Part shown: piece by piece, positions 39,632-51,355 of the stretch
Layout of the letters: every line of letters begins with the position of its first letter
How positions within the stretch are numbered: position 1 is the first letter of the stretch
From: Eledone cirrhosa
Taxonomy: Eukaryota
Direction of reading: 5' to 3'
Length of the DNA: 64,000 bases
NCBI GenBank assembly: GCA_964016885.1
Contig: OZ024742.1
Coordinates: 251,348,001-251,412,000 of the forward strand
Translations under genes and position numbers: made by a program
Notes under the pieces: model-generated
What the model was told of the DNA's origin: nothing
What the model saw: the letters and a program-made list of their open reading frames with translations, nothing else
Database searches by the model: none

Positions 39632-42600
39632 AGCTATTTTGGCACTGGAAACTGAGATCTGATTGAAAAAAAAAAAAATAAAAAAACTTTCTCGAAAACA
39701 AAGCTACTGGAAAAACAGAGAGGAGTCTGTTGTTTTTTTTATTACGTACCGCAAGACAAATTAGGATATGGCGACGAGACTATGAACGAGCGAAGCGATT
39801 AGGGCATTTACCGGTGAAGGCGATGTTGTCGCTTGGCTGCGAAAAGTCCGGCTGGTCGCAAGCTTACAGAAGATAGAAGATGTGGCTGGTCTCATGGCAC
39901 TGTACCTCGAGGGGGACGCGTTGGTACTCTTCCTTGAGTTGGATGAACACAGCCAAAGGGATACACAAAAGATTGAGAGGCGCATGATGGAAGCGTTCGC
40001 GGAGGTACCGTTAGCCGCTTTTGCTAAGCTGGCAAGAATTAGATGGAACGGTGAACGCGTTGACATTTTCGCAGCGGAAATACGGCGATTGGCCATGTTG
40101 GCTGGATATCAGGTGGAATGCGAACGCACAGTGCGGTTGGCGTTCATAAATGGATTTCCAGATGACATAGCGGTGAAACTGCAGCAAGTCCCGGGTTACA
40201 AAGAAATGGAAATGCGTTCACTGGTGGAACAAGCCCGCATCATAGCAGAAGATGCCAAGAAGAGTGTCACGGCGATAGCAACTACAGAGGCCCAAGACAG
40301 CTGGCAGCGAAATGGTGAAAGGGAGGCAACCACGGCACGCGGTCGACCGCGTTTAGAGGTCGCTGTTTTAGGTGCCAGGGCCCGCACATGGCGAGAGACT
40401 GTAGAGAGTCAAGTCTGGAAATAATATGCTACCGGTGTAAGCAACCAGGCCACATCGCTACTAACTGCAACCAAGGAAACGATCCAAGGGAACTACTGCG
40501 CGGTAGTTGCCCCTTACGAGTAGAGGCGCTGCCCGTGGTGGAAGTCTTCATGAGGGGAAAGCCACAGAGAGCCCTCGTGGACATGGGCTGTACGACGACG
40601 CTGGTGATCGCGGGGGTGGCGCAGAGGTGGAGAGGGAAGAGCAGCGTAAGGGCAGTCGACGGCAGGAAAATTGAATGCCGAGGTCGCAGCAAGGTGGAGA
40701 TGGCAGTACGGGGAAGGAAAATAAGGCTTTCTGCCATCGTAGTTGACAACGTGGTGGATGGGATCGCCGTGGTTATCGGCATGGACGCAATTGGCCGTCT
40801 AGGAGGCGTCACAGTGAACAACGTCAGTGTGTCGTTTGGCAGCGCTGCATCGGTATGCACTGTGAGTACGCGACAGGAGAACCAGAAGGCTCACGAGTAG
40901 AAATACCCCGCTTACACTGTGCAGGACAAAGACTTCAAGGCCGTGTTCGATGGGCAGCGATGGTTTGTTGAGTGGTACTGGAAGGGAGAACCACCAACAC
41001 TGAACAAGGTGAGGCCGGTACTGGACTTTCGGGAGCTGAACGAGCACGTGTCATGCCACACGGGTGGCGAGGTCACGGATGTCTGTGGTGAAACCCTGCG
41101 TGAGTGGAGACGCATGACGGGGGGGGGGGGTTCCGCAATCGTAGATCTAAAGTCGGCCAACTTGCAATTGCATATAGATGAGAAGCTCTGGCAGTATCAG
41201 CTGGTCAGGTATAAGGGCTGGACATATTGCCTGACCAGGCTCGGTTTCGGGCTGAGCTCTGCACCGAAGATCATGGCGGCGGTCCTCAAGACCATTCTGG
41301 GAAAGGCCGACAAGATGAAGAGGGCCACTAATTCCTACATTGACGACATCCTAGTGGACGAGTCTGTAGTGTCGGCGGCGAGGTCACGAGCCATTTACAG
41401 GGGTATAGACTGGCTGTGAAGGCGTCAGAAGCGTTTGAGGGAGGAGCCGCGCTGGGACTTAGGCTACAGCGAGACAGGACGGGCGTCTTAGTATTCCAGA
41501 GGGGAAATGAAGTTCCAGAACTGGGCCCAAGTATGAGTAGGCGGGAGCTTTTCTCGGTGTATGGAAAGTTGGTGGGTCACTGTACTCGGATGGGTGACAT
41601 CAGTGCTCACCAGAAGAGAGTGCGAAGGAGAGGGGCGGCAGAGATGATGATAAAACGCCGTCTGGGAACTTTAGGAGAGCTGGCCACCGAGTTTGACCTG
41701 AGGCTGAGCGTAGTTTTCGTGCCCTCAGAGAAAAATAGGGCGGAGAAAGCCTGGATGGAAGTGCCGGAGGAGGTAGAAGAGGAGATAGCTGCCATGTGTT
41801 GGCTGACTGAGTCGGATCTGAAAGGGTTGCATGACATGCACCACATGGGAGTGGATAGGACCCTGTTCCTAGCCAGGAGAATCGACTCGGACGTTAACAG
41901 ACACAGTGTTCAAAGGGTGGTTGGAGGCTGCATCCGATGTCAGTCCATTGATCCTGCCCCGGGTGTGCACGAAACGGGAAGCCTTCCAGTCGATCGCGGC
42001 TGGATGCGATTGGCGGTGGATGTAACGCACTACCGACAGGGAACGTACCTCTCGACGGTCGATGTGGACCGGGATGGATGGCGATATGGAGGGAGATGAA
42101 GACTGGAACGGCCGAGGAAATCATGTGGACGTTGAGAGAGGTGTTCTTGGAGCGGGGCCCTGTGGACGAACTGCTGATGGACAACAGCGCAGCGTTCCGC
42201 TCAGAGGCGCTGAGGGAGATGCTCAATGGATGGAAGGTGGACCGTTTCTTCAGAGCAGCGTACAGGCCGAGCGGAAATGGAATCGTGGAGCGACACCACC
42301 GGACGATCAAGGCAATGGCGGAGCGGGGCCACATTTCACCAATGGAGGCAGTGTTCTGGTACAACATGTCTCCTCGGGTGGAACAGGTTGAGGAATCGGT
42401 TCCACACAGAGCAGTATGCAGATACGAGTGGCGGCACCCGTGCACGCCACCACAACGGCCAGTGGGGAGAGAGAATGCATTCGTGCAGGTGGGCAAAGAA
42501 GTCTGGGTTAAGCCCCAGATGCACTTGCACATCTCAATGGAGAAAGGGAATGGTGACGGCCGTAAATTCCCAGAACAATGTATCCGTGATGTCCGTAGAA

Positions 42601-42752
42601 TCACTGTGTCAATGGACTCCGAGGAAGAGGAAACCAAAAGTGCCGCCCCAACACTGCGGAGATCGCAAAGAAGTCGCAAACCACCAACCTGGACAGCAGA
42701 CTTTCATATGCAGAAGGACGAGGGGGAAATTGATCCTTGAGATCGGGAGGGG

Positions 42753-43077
42753 GGGGTATGGTGTGGTGTGCGGTGGCCGGAAGCTGGGGAGTGCTCGACC
42801 GGAAGAGTGCTTGACCGGAAGGGTGCTTGACCGGAAGGGTGCTTGGCCGGAAGAGTGCTCGACCGGAAGGGTGCTTGGCCGGAAGAGTGCTCGACCGGAA
42901 GGGCCAGCAGGTCGGCCTCTCTCTAGCGGTGATCAGGAACGTGGTGGACGCGAGTTTTGCAGCTCCCGGTTTTAACGAGTTGGATTGTACGCACGTGGAA
43001 GAGGAGAAACTAGCCATGGGATCTAGCGGTGCCTGTGAAAAGCGGTAAGTGAGGTAGCTTTTTCTAACCACACAACA
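42753..43077 (+). repeat. 3' LTR
   Basis: Follows PPT; more internal CCGGAAG(A/G)GTGCT units than the 5' LTR; exact ends uncertain. Confidence 0.8.
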
Positions 43078-43149
43078 TCCAGTGAGGGTTTTGGCTTCAA
43101 TAATGTGAGGCTGTAGTTCAGTTGCAACCACACACGTCCCATTGCACAA

Positions 43150-44200
43150 TCTCCCTGGTTGCTGATAGATTTGAAAGTCTATAGCTAATGTTAGAAACTA
43201 AGGGCAGTGGTATGAGGCTTTATTGATATATTTAAATTTTTGATTAGGCTTATGTTATGGTTTTATACAAAGCTGTTGTAAAGCTGTTCACATCTAGGAA
43301 ATTTGCATTAGTAAGATTTAGTCCTAGAGTACGAAATGTGTCAATTAAATTTTTATGGAATCTGTCCAGAGTCTGTCCATTACAATATTGTGAAAACAAA
43401 AGACCGTTGTCATGATAAAGGAGTTGTTGAGGAATTTAGACTTTAGTATGAAAAATGTATAAACCAATAAGATTACAAACATCAGCACTGTCATAAAACC
43501 CCATGGAGATATCAAAAGAATCATCAGGGTCAAATTTTTTACCCAAGTAGAACCATTACCAAATAGAGTTCTACGGGTGTGGAATATAAGGTCATATTCC
43601 ATGTCGCTGATATATATATGAAAGAACGAGCAAAGTCTAAAGCATTATGCTTTCCAGCATAGTTACGTCCCTTTACGATCTGAGTTCAAATCCCGCCGAG
43701 GTTGACTTTGCCTTTCATCCTTACGGGGTCGATAAAATAAAGTACCAGTAATGCACTGGTAAATTGCTGGCCTTGTGCCTAAAGTAGAAACAATTATTAA
43801 GAAGGGTCCTAGAAATAAAGGGATAAAAATCTATAAAATTGTATGAATTGGTCCTGTTCTTAAAGGAGATTTCTGTGAACAAGGATATGGCAGATGTTGT
43901 ATTGTTCCACAGTGAGAGATTGGTGTTTTTAATAATACAGGTGTTGATGTCTCTTAAACATTTTTACTAGCTAATCCTAACTCTGTCCTTGCAGGATATC
44001 TTAATCTACATGTAGACCTGTTAGTAAAATCAGGTTTGTGACCCCTTAGAGTAATGAAGGTATCACACTCCACCTAGCATTCAACTCTATTGTCTATTTT
44101 CTAATGTGTGGCAATATCTTTGGCCTCATCATTAATCTTATTTTAGGTTTTAGGTTTGGCGTTTCCGTATTTATTGGCTATACTGTTAAGTATTAGGTTG
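43150..44200 (-). mobile_element. Penelope-like RT fragment interrupted by a SINE
   Basis: Minus strand: KINDEAKDIA, TFITLRGHKPDF...TCRL, FDISMGFYDSADVCNLIGLY (PLE RT-type motifs). Confidence 0.7.
43640..43800 (+). mobile_element. SINE, family 2
   Basis: GAGTTCAAATCCCGCC B-box and family core. Confidence 0.85.
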
Positions 44201-44259
44201 TTATATTTTTCCTTATCCAGTTGATACAAATATTTTGTTTTGTCCAAAAATACAAAAAC

Positions 44260-44292
<33 letters not shown>

Positions 44293-44542
44293 TATACATA
44301 CACACACTCACACACACACACACAAGCAGGGAAGAGCGGACGTAAAATGATGATGATGATGATGATATAAAGTGACAATAAGAATTGCAGCTTTTTGTGA
44401 ACTTTATTTCATATATATATTTTTAAATTCAAGAGAAAAGCCAAAGAGGATAATTAAATCATTATATATAAATGAAACAAATTTAGATGACAGATAAAAC
44501 TTCTTATATCATTAAATTCTTCACAATATATTTATATGCATA

Positions 44543-44667
44543 TATGAGGTTTGACTGAAAAGTTCATAGGCTGACCAATACACTCTCATTGAATGTGACC
44601 AAATGAAGTTTATTTTTCAACATAGTCCCTCTTGCGGTTCACACACTTCTTCCATCAGTGTTGCAGA
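44543..44667. mobile_element. Tc1/mariner terminal fragment
   Basis: TA-TGAGGTTTGACTGAAAAGTTC end; TTTATTTTTCAACATAGTCCC and CACACTTCTTCCA motifs typical of mariner ends. Confidence 0.6.
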
Positions 44668-44945
44668 ACTGATTGATCAAAATTTAATCCCAAAGAGAGG
44701 AAATAGGAACATCATCCTCTGAAAGTTCCTTAAACCCTGAAGAAGGGACTTTTAGGTTTCAAATTATTGGACAGAAAAAAGGACAACAACAAAAATCAAA
44801 AGAAAGATTACCAGGTAACTTACTTTTGGTTACCTCAACTTACAGTCCATTTTGCATTGTTTAGCCTTATATCTCTTTCAACGTTATTTATTATATACAA
44901 TGCTTCAAGCAAACTACATTTTATTTTATATATATATATATAAGT

Positions 44946-46220
44946 ATACGTATATTTAAGTAACAGCCATACTAAGAGTGGGAAATGAAATTTCGTTTGA
45001 TTTTTTCCGTTTATAATTTTCGGTGCACCCGGCCGATTAACCCACTCGATATGCAAATTGGGCTACTCAGCCGTTAATATGCATAAGGAAAGTATATACT
45101 TTCGGACGTTCAACAATCTGGCAGGAAGGTATACGTTGCTGACGATAGCTAATAAGCTTGAAACTAGTACAGCGTTCCTTTGTCAGTGTTGAACAAATGA
45201 GCAACGATGGTTGCTGGACACTACGGCTTAATACGGGATGTTTGTTTACAAACACACCGAGCATTATAATAAATGTTTGGTGAATCCATACGTACATATA
45301 TATATGTGTGCATGTATGTATATATATATATACATACTACGACCGTGACTTCTGGCGTCACGCAGTAATACAGAGTACCCGACCTCCCATGGGTACAAGC
45401 TGAAGCATATAGACAATATGCCCCCACACCCCCCACCGCAAGGTGGTCGTGGAGGTGCCACGGCAAAAAAGCACCCAGCCCACACTGTAAAGTGGACCTG
45501 TAAATGAGGTTGGTGTTAGGAAGGGCATCCAGCTGTAGAAATCAAGCCAGATCAGTTCCTGTATGAGCAAGGCATGGTCAGCCGACCAGACACTGCCCAC
45601 AACAGGAGACAACCCGTCTAACCCATGCTAGCGTGGAAGAACGGACGTAAAACGGTGATGATGATGATGATGATGATGATGATGACTACTGTACGTCTGT
45701 ATACATAGTGTATGTACGTATACATACTTATATTTAAGTAACAGCCGTACTAAGAGTGGGAAATGAAATTTCGTTTCATTTTTTCCGTTTATCGTTTTCG
45801 GTGCACCCGGCCAATTAACCCACTCGATATGCAAATTGGGCTACTCAGCCGTTAATATGCATAAGGAAAATATATACTTTCGGACGTTCAACAATCTGGC
45901 AGGAAGGTATACGTTGCTGATGATAGCTAACAAACTTGAAACTAGTACAGCGTTCCTTTGTCAGTGTTGAACAAACGAGCAACGGTGGTTGCTAGACACT
46001 ACGGCTTAATACGGGATGTTTGTTTACAAACACACCGAGCATTATAATAAATGTTTGGTGAATCCATACGTACATATATGTATGTGTGCATGTATGTATA
46101 TATATATATACATGCTCCTGTACGTCTGTATACATATGTGTATGTACGTATACATACTTATATTTAAGTAACAGCCGTAGTAAGAGTGGGAAATGAAATT
46201 TCGTTTCATTTTTTCCGTTT
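44946..46220 (+). repeat. ~400-bp segment in 2.3 tandem copies (44946-45335, 45688-46095, 46096-46220) with a SINE between copies 1 and 2
   Basis: TATATTTAAGTAACAGCC.TA.TAAGAGTGGGAAATGAAATTTCG occurs three times; the ORF track shows duplicate peptides. Confidence 0.9.
45340..45685 (+). mobile_element. RTE-tailed SINE
   Basis: Sister of 7375-7720; (GAT)n tail. Confidence 0.8.
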
Positions 46221-46231
46221 ATATATATATG

Positions 46232-47635
46232 AAAGTGGAAGAAAGGATATTAGCACAACTAATTATAGAAAGGGTCAAACTAGATGAGATGCAGTTTGGT
46301 TTTGTGTCTGGGAAGAGTACAACAGATGCCCTCTTCTTGGTGAGACAATTACAAGAGAGGTTCTTAGAGAAAAATAAGCCATTATACTTAGCCTTTGTTG
46401 ACCTAGAGAAGGCCTTTGATTGGGTACCCCGATCTGTCATCTAGGTGGTCCCTAAGGAAACTAGGTGTTGAGGAATGGCTTGTGAGGACAGTGAAAACTT
46501 TGTACAGAGGTACTGTCAGTAAAGTCAGGGTAGGAATGGAGTTTAGTGTACATCAAGGTTCGGTCCTCAGCCCGCTTGTGTTCATTATAGTCCTCCAAGC
46601 CATAACAGAGGAGTTTATGACTGGCTGTCCATGGAAACTTCTCTATGCTGACGATCTGGTTCTTATAGCAGAATTAGTAGAGGAGCTAGAGAATAAATTC
46701 TGGCTATGGAAACAGCAGTTGGAAGCAAGAGGTCTGAGAGTGAACCTAGCTAAGACAAAAGTGTTGATGAATAGAAAAGAGGAAAAAACTCTGATTCCGT
46801 CAGGGAAATGGCCATGTTCGATATGCAGTAAAGGAACTGGCATAAATTCTATAAAATGCACACAATGCAGATCCTGGGTACACAAGAGATGTAGCGGGAT
46901 AGCAGGCAAACTAACAGGTAGGGAGAAATATTTATGCAGTAGATATACAGGGAAATTAGACAGTAGAAGTCGCATTGATAGACACATTTTTCAAATGCAG
47001 GTGGGTGCTATAGAAGTGGTGGATAGCTTCCGGTACCTAGGAGATCAGATTAGCATGGGAGGGGGGGTGTTCTGAGGCCATAGTATCTAGAATAAGGACA
47101 GGTTGGAAGAAGTTTAGGGAGCTGGTTCCTCTGCGGACGAAGAAGGGTTTCTCCATGCGTATGAAAGGCTGGTTATATGATGCCTGTGTGAGGAGCACGA
47201 TGCTGCATGGTAGTGAGATTGGGGCAGCAACTGCAGAGGATATGTGATGGCTGGAGAGAAATGAGGCATGCATGCTCCATTGGATGTGCAGTGTCAATGT
47301 GCGTGAACGACCCAACATGAATGTGTTGAGAGAGAAACTGTGTCTGAGAGGGATAGAATGTAGTGTGCGAGAGAGGAGACTGAGGTGGTATGGACATGTG
47401 ATGCGCATGGAGGATGACCGATGGGTGAAGAAGTGCCAGGGAATGCCAGTTGAAGGAAGACGTGGTAGAGGTAGACCACGAAAAACATGGGCAGAGGTGG
47501 TGAGAACAGACCTCAGATCACTGAAGCTCACGGTGGAGATGACGAAGGACTGTGACAAGTGGAGAGATGCTGTGCTGAATAAGACCCGTACCACCCTTGC
47601 AAGCAGGGAAAAGCAGACGTAAAATGATGATGATT
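46232..47635 (+). mobile_element. RTE-clade LINE, 5'-truncated, complete 3' end
   Basis: QFGFVSGKSTTDA, LAFVDLEKAFD, QGSVLSP, LLYADDL, RRLRWYGHV, GRRGRGRPRKTW; (TGA)n tail. Confidence 0.93.
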
Positions 47636-47864
47636 GTCCCAAATCCCCCTTTGTTCGAGTTAACAAGGCGCGTGCTAACTGCTCTTTTTAGCAAATACCG
47701 TAATCGCTTATTGTCCCCCTTTACTACCCTTCTGTGACCACTGTATCACTTGTTATTTTCTCCTTCCACCTCTCAAGAATTTCTCTCTTGCTACGAACAC
47801 ATCAAGAAGCAGTCCTTTTTGAGGGGTCTCTTGATAAGCCTTTTATCAACCTCACAGCGATTAT

Positions 47865-47992
47865 GCACAGACCTCAGATCGCTGAAGCTCACGGTGGAGA
47901 TGATGAAGGACTGTGACAAGTGGAGAGATGCTGAATAAGACCCGTCCCACCCTTGCAAGCAGGGAAGAGCGGATGTAAAATGATGATGATGA
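47865..47992 (+). mobile_element. Short 3'-end copy of the same RTE
   Basis: Near-identical to 47505-47632. Confidence 0.85.
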
Positions 47993-48214
47993 TATATATT
48001 ATATATAAATATATTATATATATATATTGTATATAAATATATATTATATATATATAAATATATATCCAAAATTAAATTAAGGGTGTCATATCCGAGAGAC
48101 ATGTGCCAAATTATTCCCTGTGATTGTTTCATATGTTTATTTTAGATATATATGTCAATCAATTTCTAGTTGATATATATATATTATATATATATGTATA
48201 TATATATATATATA

Positions 48215-48548
48215 TGGAGGCACATGGCTTAGTGGTTAGAGCATTGGCCTGGCAATCGAAAGGTTGTGAGTTCAATTCTCAGACCGGATGATGTGTTGTT
48301 TCCTTGAGCAAAACATTTTATTTCACTTTATTTCACTTTATTTCACATAGAAATGAGATGATAGGGACTGGGGTCCCTATCATTCCACTGCAAAGTGGTC
48401 GTGGAGGTGCCACGGCAAAAAAGCACCCAGCACTCACTGTAATTGAGGTTGGTGTTAGGAAGGGCATCCGGCTGTAGAAATCCAGCCAGAATCTATTCCC
48501 GTCCTTTGCAAGCAGGAAAAAACGGGCTTAAAACGAAATGATGATGAT
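48215..48548 (+). mobile_element. tRNA-derived SINE with RTE tail, sister of 3020-3350
   Basis: Same head, hairpin and tail. Confidence 0.85.
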
Positions 48549-48619
48549 ATATATATATATATGTATATATATATGTATACACATATATGTATATATATAT
48601 GTATATATATATATATGTA

Positions 48620-48653
<34 letters not shown>

Positions 48654-48885
48654 CCCCATCTAAACCCATGCTAGCGTGGAAGATAGATGTTAAATGATGA
48701 TGATGATTATGATATATATATATTGTATGTACATGTATATGTATATATATATGTATACATATATATACATGTATATGTATATATATGTATACATATATAC
48801 ATATATATATGTATGTATATGTATGTATATATATATACTTATATATGATTATTTACTAGAATTCTATAAGAATCAAACATCCATG

Positions 48886-48980
48886 ATTTTCAGCAAACAG
48901 GGGGAGTAGTTAGCCTTGATAAGCATCAACAAATGTGAAACATGGCTCTGTCGGCTTTATCTCCCCTGTTTGCTGAAAAT
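48886..48980. repeat. Inverted repeat / tiny MITE-like element
   Basis: ATTTTCAGCAAACAGGGGGA ... TCTCCCCTGTTTGCTGAAAAT. Confidence 0.7.
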
Positions 48981-49299
48981 TAAAGTAAGTGAGATTATCA
49001 CTACTCTAAAACCATAGCATAAGGTCTTCGAAATGCTTTTAATTAAGCATACAGTGTATTGCAAAATACACTATATATACATTCATATATATATATATTT
49101 CACCCTATTGTATGTTCCAGCCGACAGGCTGAGGCCATGCTGGGGCACCGCCATTGATGCTAAACATTCTACAGCTAGCTTTCCTTGGTTGGCCATTGAT
49201 GCAAAAGGGAGTTTGCTGCTGCTGCCCTTATTTGTGCTTTGCCTCATGCTGTGGGTTCATCCATGATTTTGGTCAGCAGGATATTGAGATGTTTCTTGA

Positions 49300-49880
49300 A
49301 AACATCTACATACACACTATGTAGATCTTGCAGATTCTTTGGCAGCTGTTGCAGTATGTGGTCCTTATTTTTAATGTGATGGATGGGACCTTTGGCACTA
49401 CACAGTGGTGTCCTGTTCATAGGCTTGTCATCCCTTCAATGGCGAAGTTTGGTGCTATCACTTCCAGAATCTTCCTTACGTATATCTCTGCGTATCTCTA
49501 CTGTCTTCGCTCCAGGGCGTAAAGCTTTGGTTTCTTCAGCCTCTCCCAGTACCTCATCTCATTCATTGAGTAACAATCTTGGTGTAGCTTCACTGGATTG
49601 CTTCAAGTTCTGCAGTTAGTTTGACACTGTGGTGCAACCACAGATGAGAGCAATGGTCCAGTCGGCTGAGGACAATAATCCTCCAGAAGATCAACATGGT
49701 TTGTGATTCCCCATCTTTTACAGTTGGCAGTCATGGCTTCAATCGAAGAAAGTGGTACGTTGACAGACTTAAGATTGTACTTCAGTTTGTCCTTATATCG
49801 GAGTAGTGGCCTGCCCACACTATACACACTATCCTGGAGTTGACTGTACAACAGTACCTTAGGTGTGGGGACCTCAGACA
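49300..49880 (-). mobile_element. Decayed LINE fragments (second RTE-like family)
   Basis: PKVLLYSQL....GRPLLRYKDKLKYNLK motif. Confidence 0.6.
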
Positions 49881-50104
49881 TGAATATATGTACATGTATA
49901 TATAAGGAATTGAACCATCAGCACAGTTAAGGTATGTCAGACATCAATTTTATTTTATCTGATGAAACAGCACAGTACCTCTGAAATATATATAATAAAA
50001 TATATTTGATCACATGAATGTCTATATTTATTAATATTTTGAAGTAATATACATGTATATATATATACACACACACGCACACACACACACATATATACAC
50101 ATAC

Positions 50105-50815
50105 ATCATCATCATCATCATCTTTTTACGTCCGCTTTTCCCTGCTTGCAAGGGTGGGATGGGTCCTATTCAGCACAGTATCTCTCCATTCATCACAGTC
50201 CTTCATCATCTCCTCCATGAGCCTCAGAGATCTAAGGTCAGCTCTCACCACCTCCGCCCATGTTTTTCGTGGTCTTCCTCTACTGCGTCTTCCTTCTACT
50301 GGGATTTCTTGGCACTTCTTTACCCAGCGGTCATCCTCTATGCGCATCACATGTCCATACCAATGCAGTCTTCTCTCCCACACCCCCCTCTTATATACAG
50401 TTTCTCTCTCAACTCATCTATGCTGGGTCATTCACACACATTGACATTGCACATCCAACGGAGCATACTTGCTTCATTTCTCTCCAGCCATCACATATTC
50501 TCCGCAATTGCTGCCCATCTCTCACTACCATGCAGCATGGTGCATCTCACACAGGCATCATATAACTGGCCTTTCGTTCGTAGGGAGTAACCCTTCTTTG
50601 TCAACAGAGGAAGCAGCTCCCTAAACTTCTTCCAACCCGTCCTTATTCTAGATACTATAGCCTCGGAGCACCCTGCTCCTTGCTAATCTGATCACCTCGG
50701 TATCATAAGCTATCAACCACCTCTATAGATCCTACCTGCATTTGAAAAATGAGTCTATCACTGCGACTTATGTCAAATTTCCCTGTACATCTACTGCATA
50801 TGTAGTTTTCCCTAG
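50105..50815 (-). mobile_element. RTE LINE 3' fragment, inverted relative to 46232-47635
   Basis: RRLHWYGHVMRIEDDRWVKKCQ...GRPRKTWAEVVR nearly identical to the + copy. Confidence 0.92.
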
Positions 50816-50853
50816 TTGCAGTATTACCTATATACACACATATATATATATAT

Positions 50854-51150
50854 GTGACAGAAGCTAAGTATTGTTGCTGCCCTGGCCTTTTGTTAAAGCA
50901 TGTCTAGCTCTATTTATTGTGATTTTATAGTTGCTGACAATAAAGGCATTTGATTCTTTTGTGACTGTATTACTAATAAAATACACTCTACTTCAACTAA
51001 TTAATAAAGAATTTTAAAGGAATAATTTACTAAAATTATTTATTATTTCATTACTAAAATAGTAACTTAACAAAAGATTCTAACATGAAAATATGTTGGA
51101 AGAGTTTAATTTAAATCAGAACCCTTTAAATTGTGTGGTTTTGTTTCATA
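50854..51150 (+). pseudogene. Diverged duplicate of the NEK8 exon D 3' end plus following intron (source 57969-58214)
   Basis: GTGACAGAAG|CTAAGTATTGTTGCTGCCC vs GTGACAGAAG|GTAAGTATTGTTGCTGCCC; colinear to GGTTTTGTTTCATA. Confidence 0.85.
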
Positions 51151-51202
51151 ATACACACATATATATGTGTGTTTATATCCATATATATACATATATATAT
51201 TA

Positions 51203-51204
<2 letters not shown>

Positions 51205-51288
<84 letters not shown>

Positions 51289-51313
51289 CTTTATTAGCCA
51301 CAAGGCTATATAT

Positions 51314-51355
<42 letters not shown>
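51205..51355. repeat. (TA)n-(GA)n and (TA)n-(GATA)n microsatellites at the LINE 3' end
   Basis: Direct reading. Confidence 0.95.

Larger units (their letters stand above)
39357..43077 (+). mobile_element. Compact Ty3/Gypsy LTR retrotransposon, decayed (gag-PR-RT-RH-IN)
   Basis: LTRs ~39357-39631 and ~42753-43077; PBS-like TGGCGACGAG at 39769-39778; CYRCKQPGHIATNC knuckle; ALVDMGCTTT protease; YIDD RT; H..HH..C..C and D..E integrase motifs; PPT GGGAGGGGGG at 42745; several frameshifts. Confidence 0.93.

Noticed and set aside
39882-42740. Domesticated gag/integrase host gene
   Set aside because: Multiple frameshifts and deletions with both LTRs retained; ordinary decayed retrotransposon
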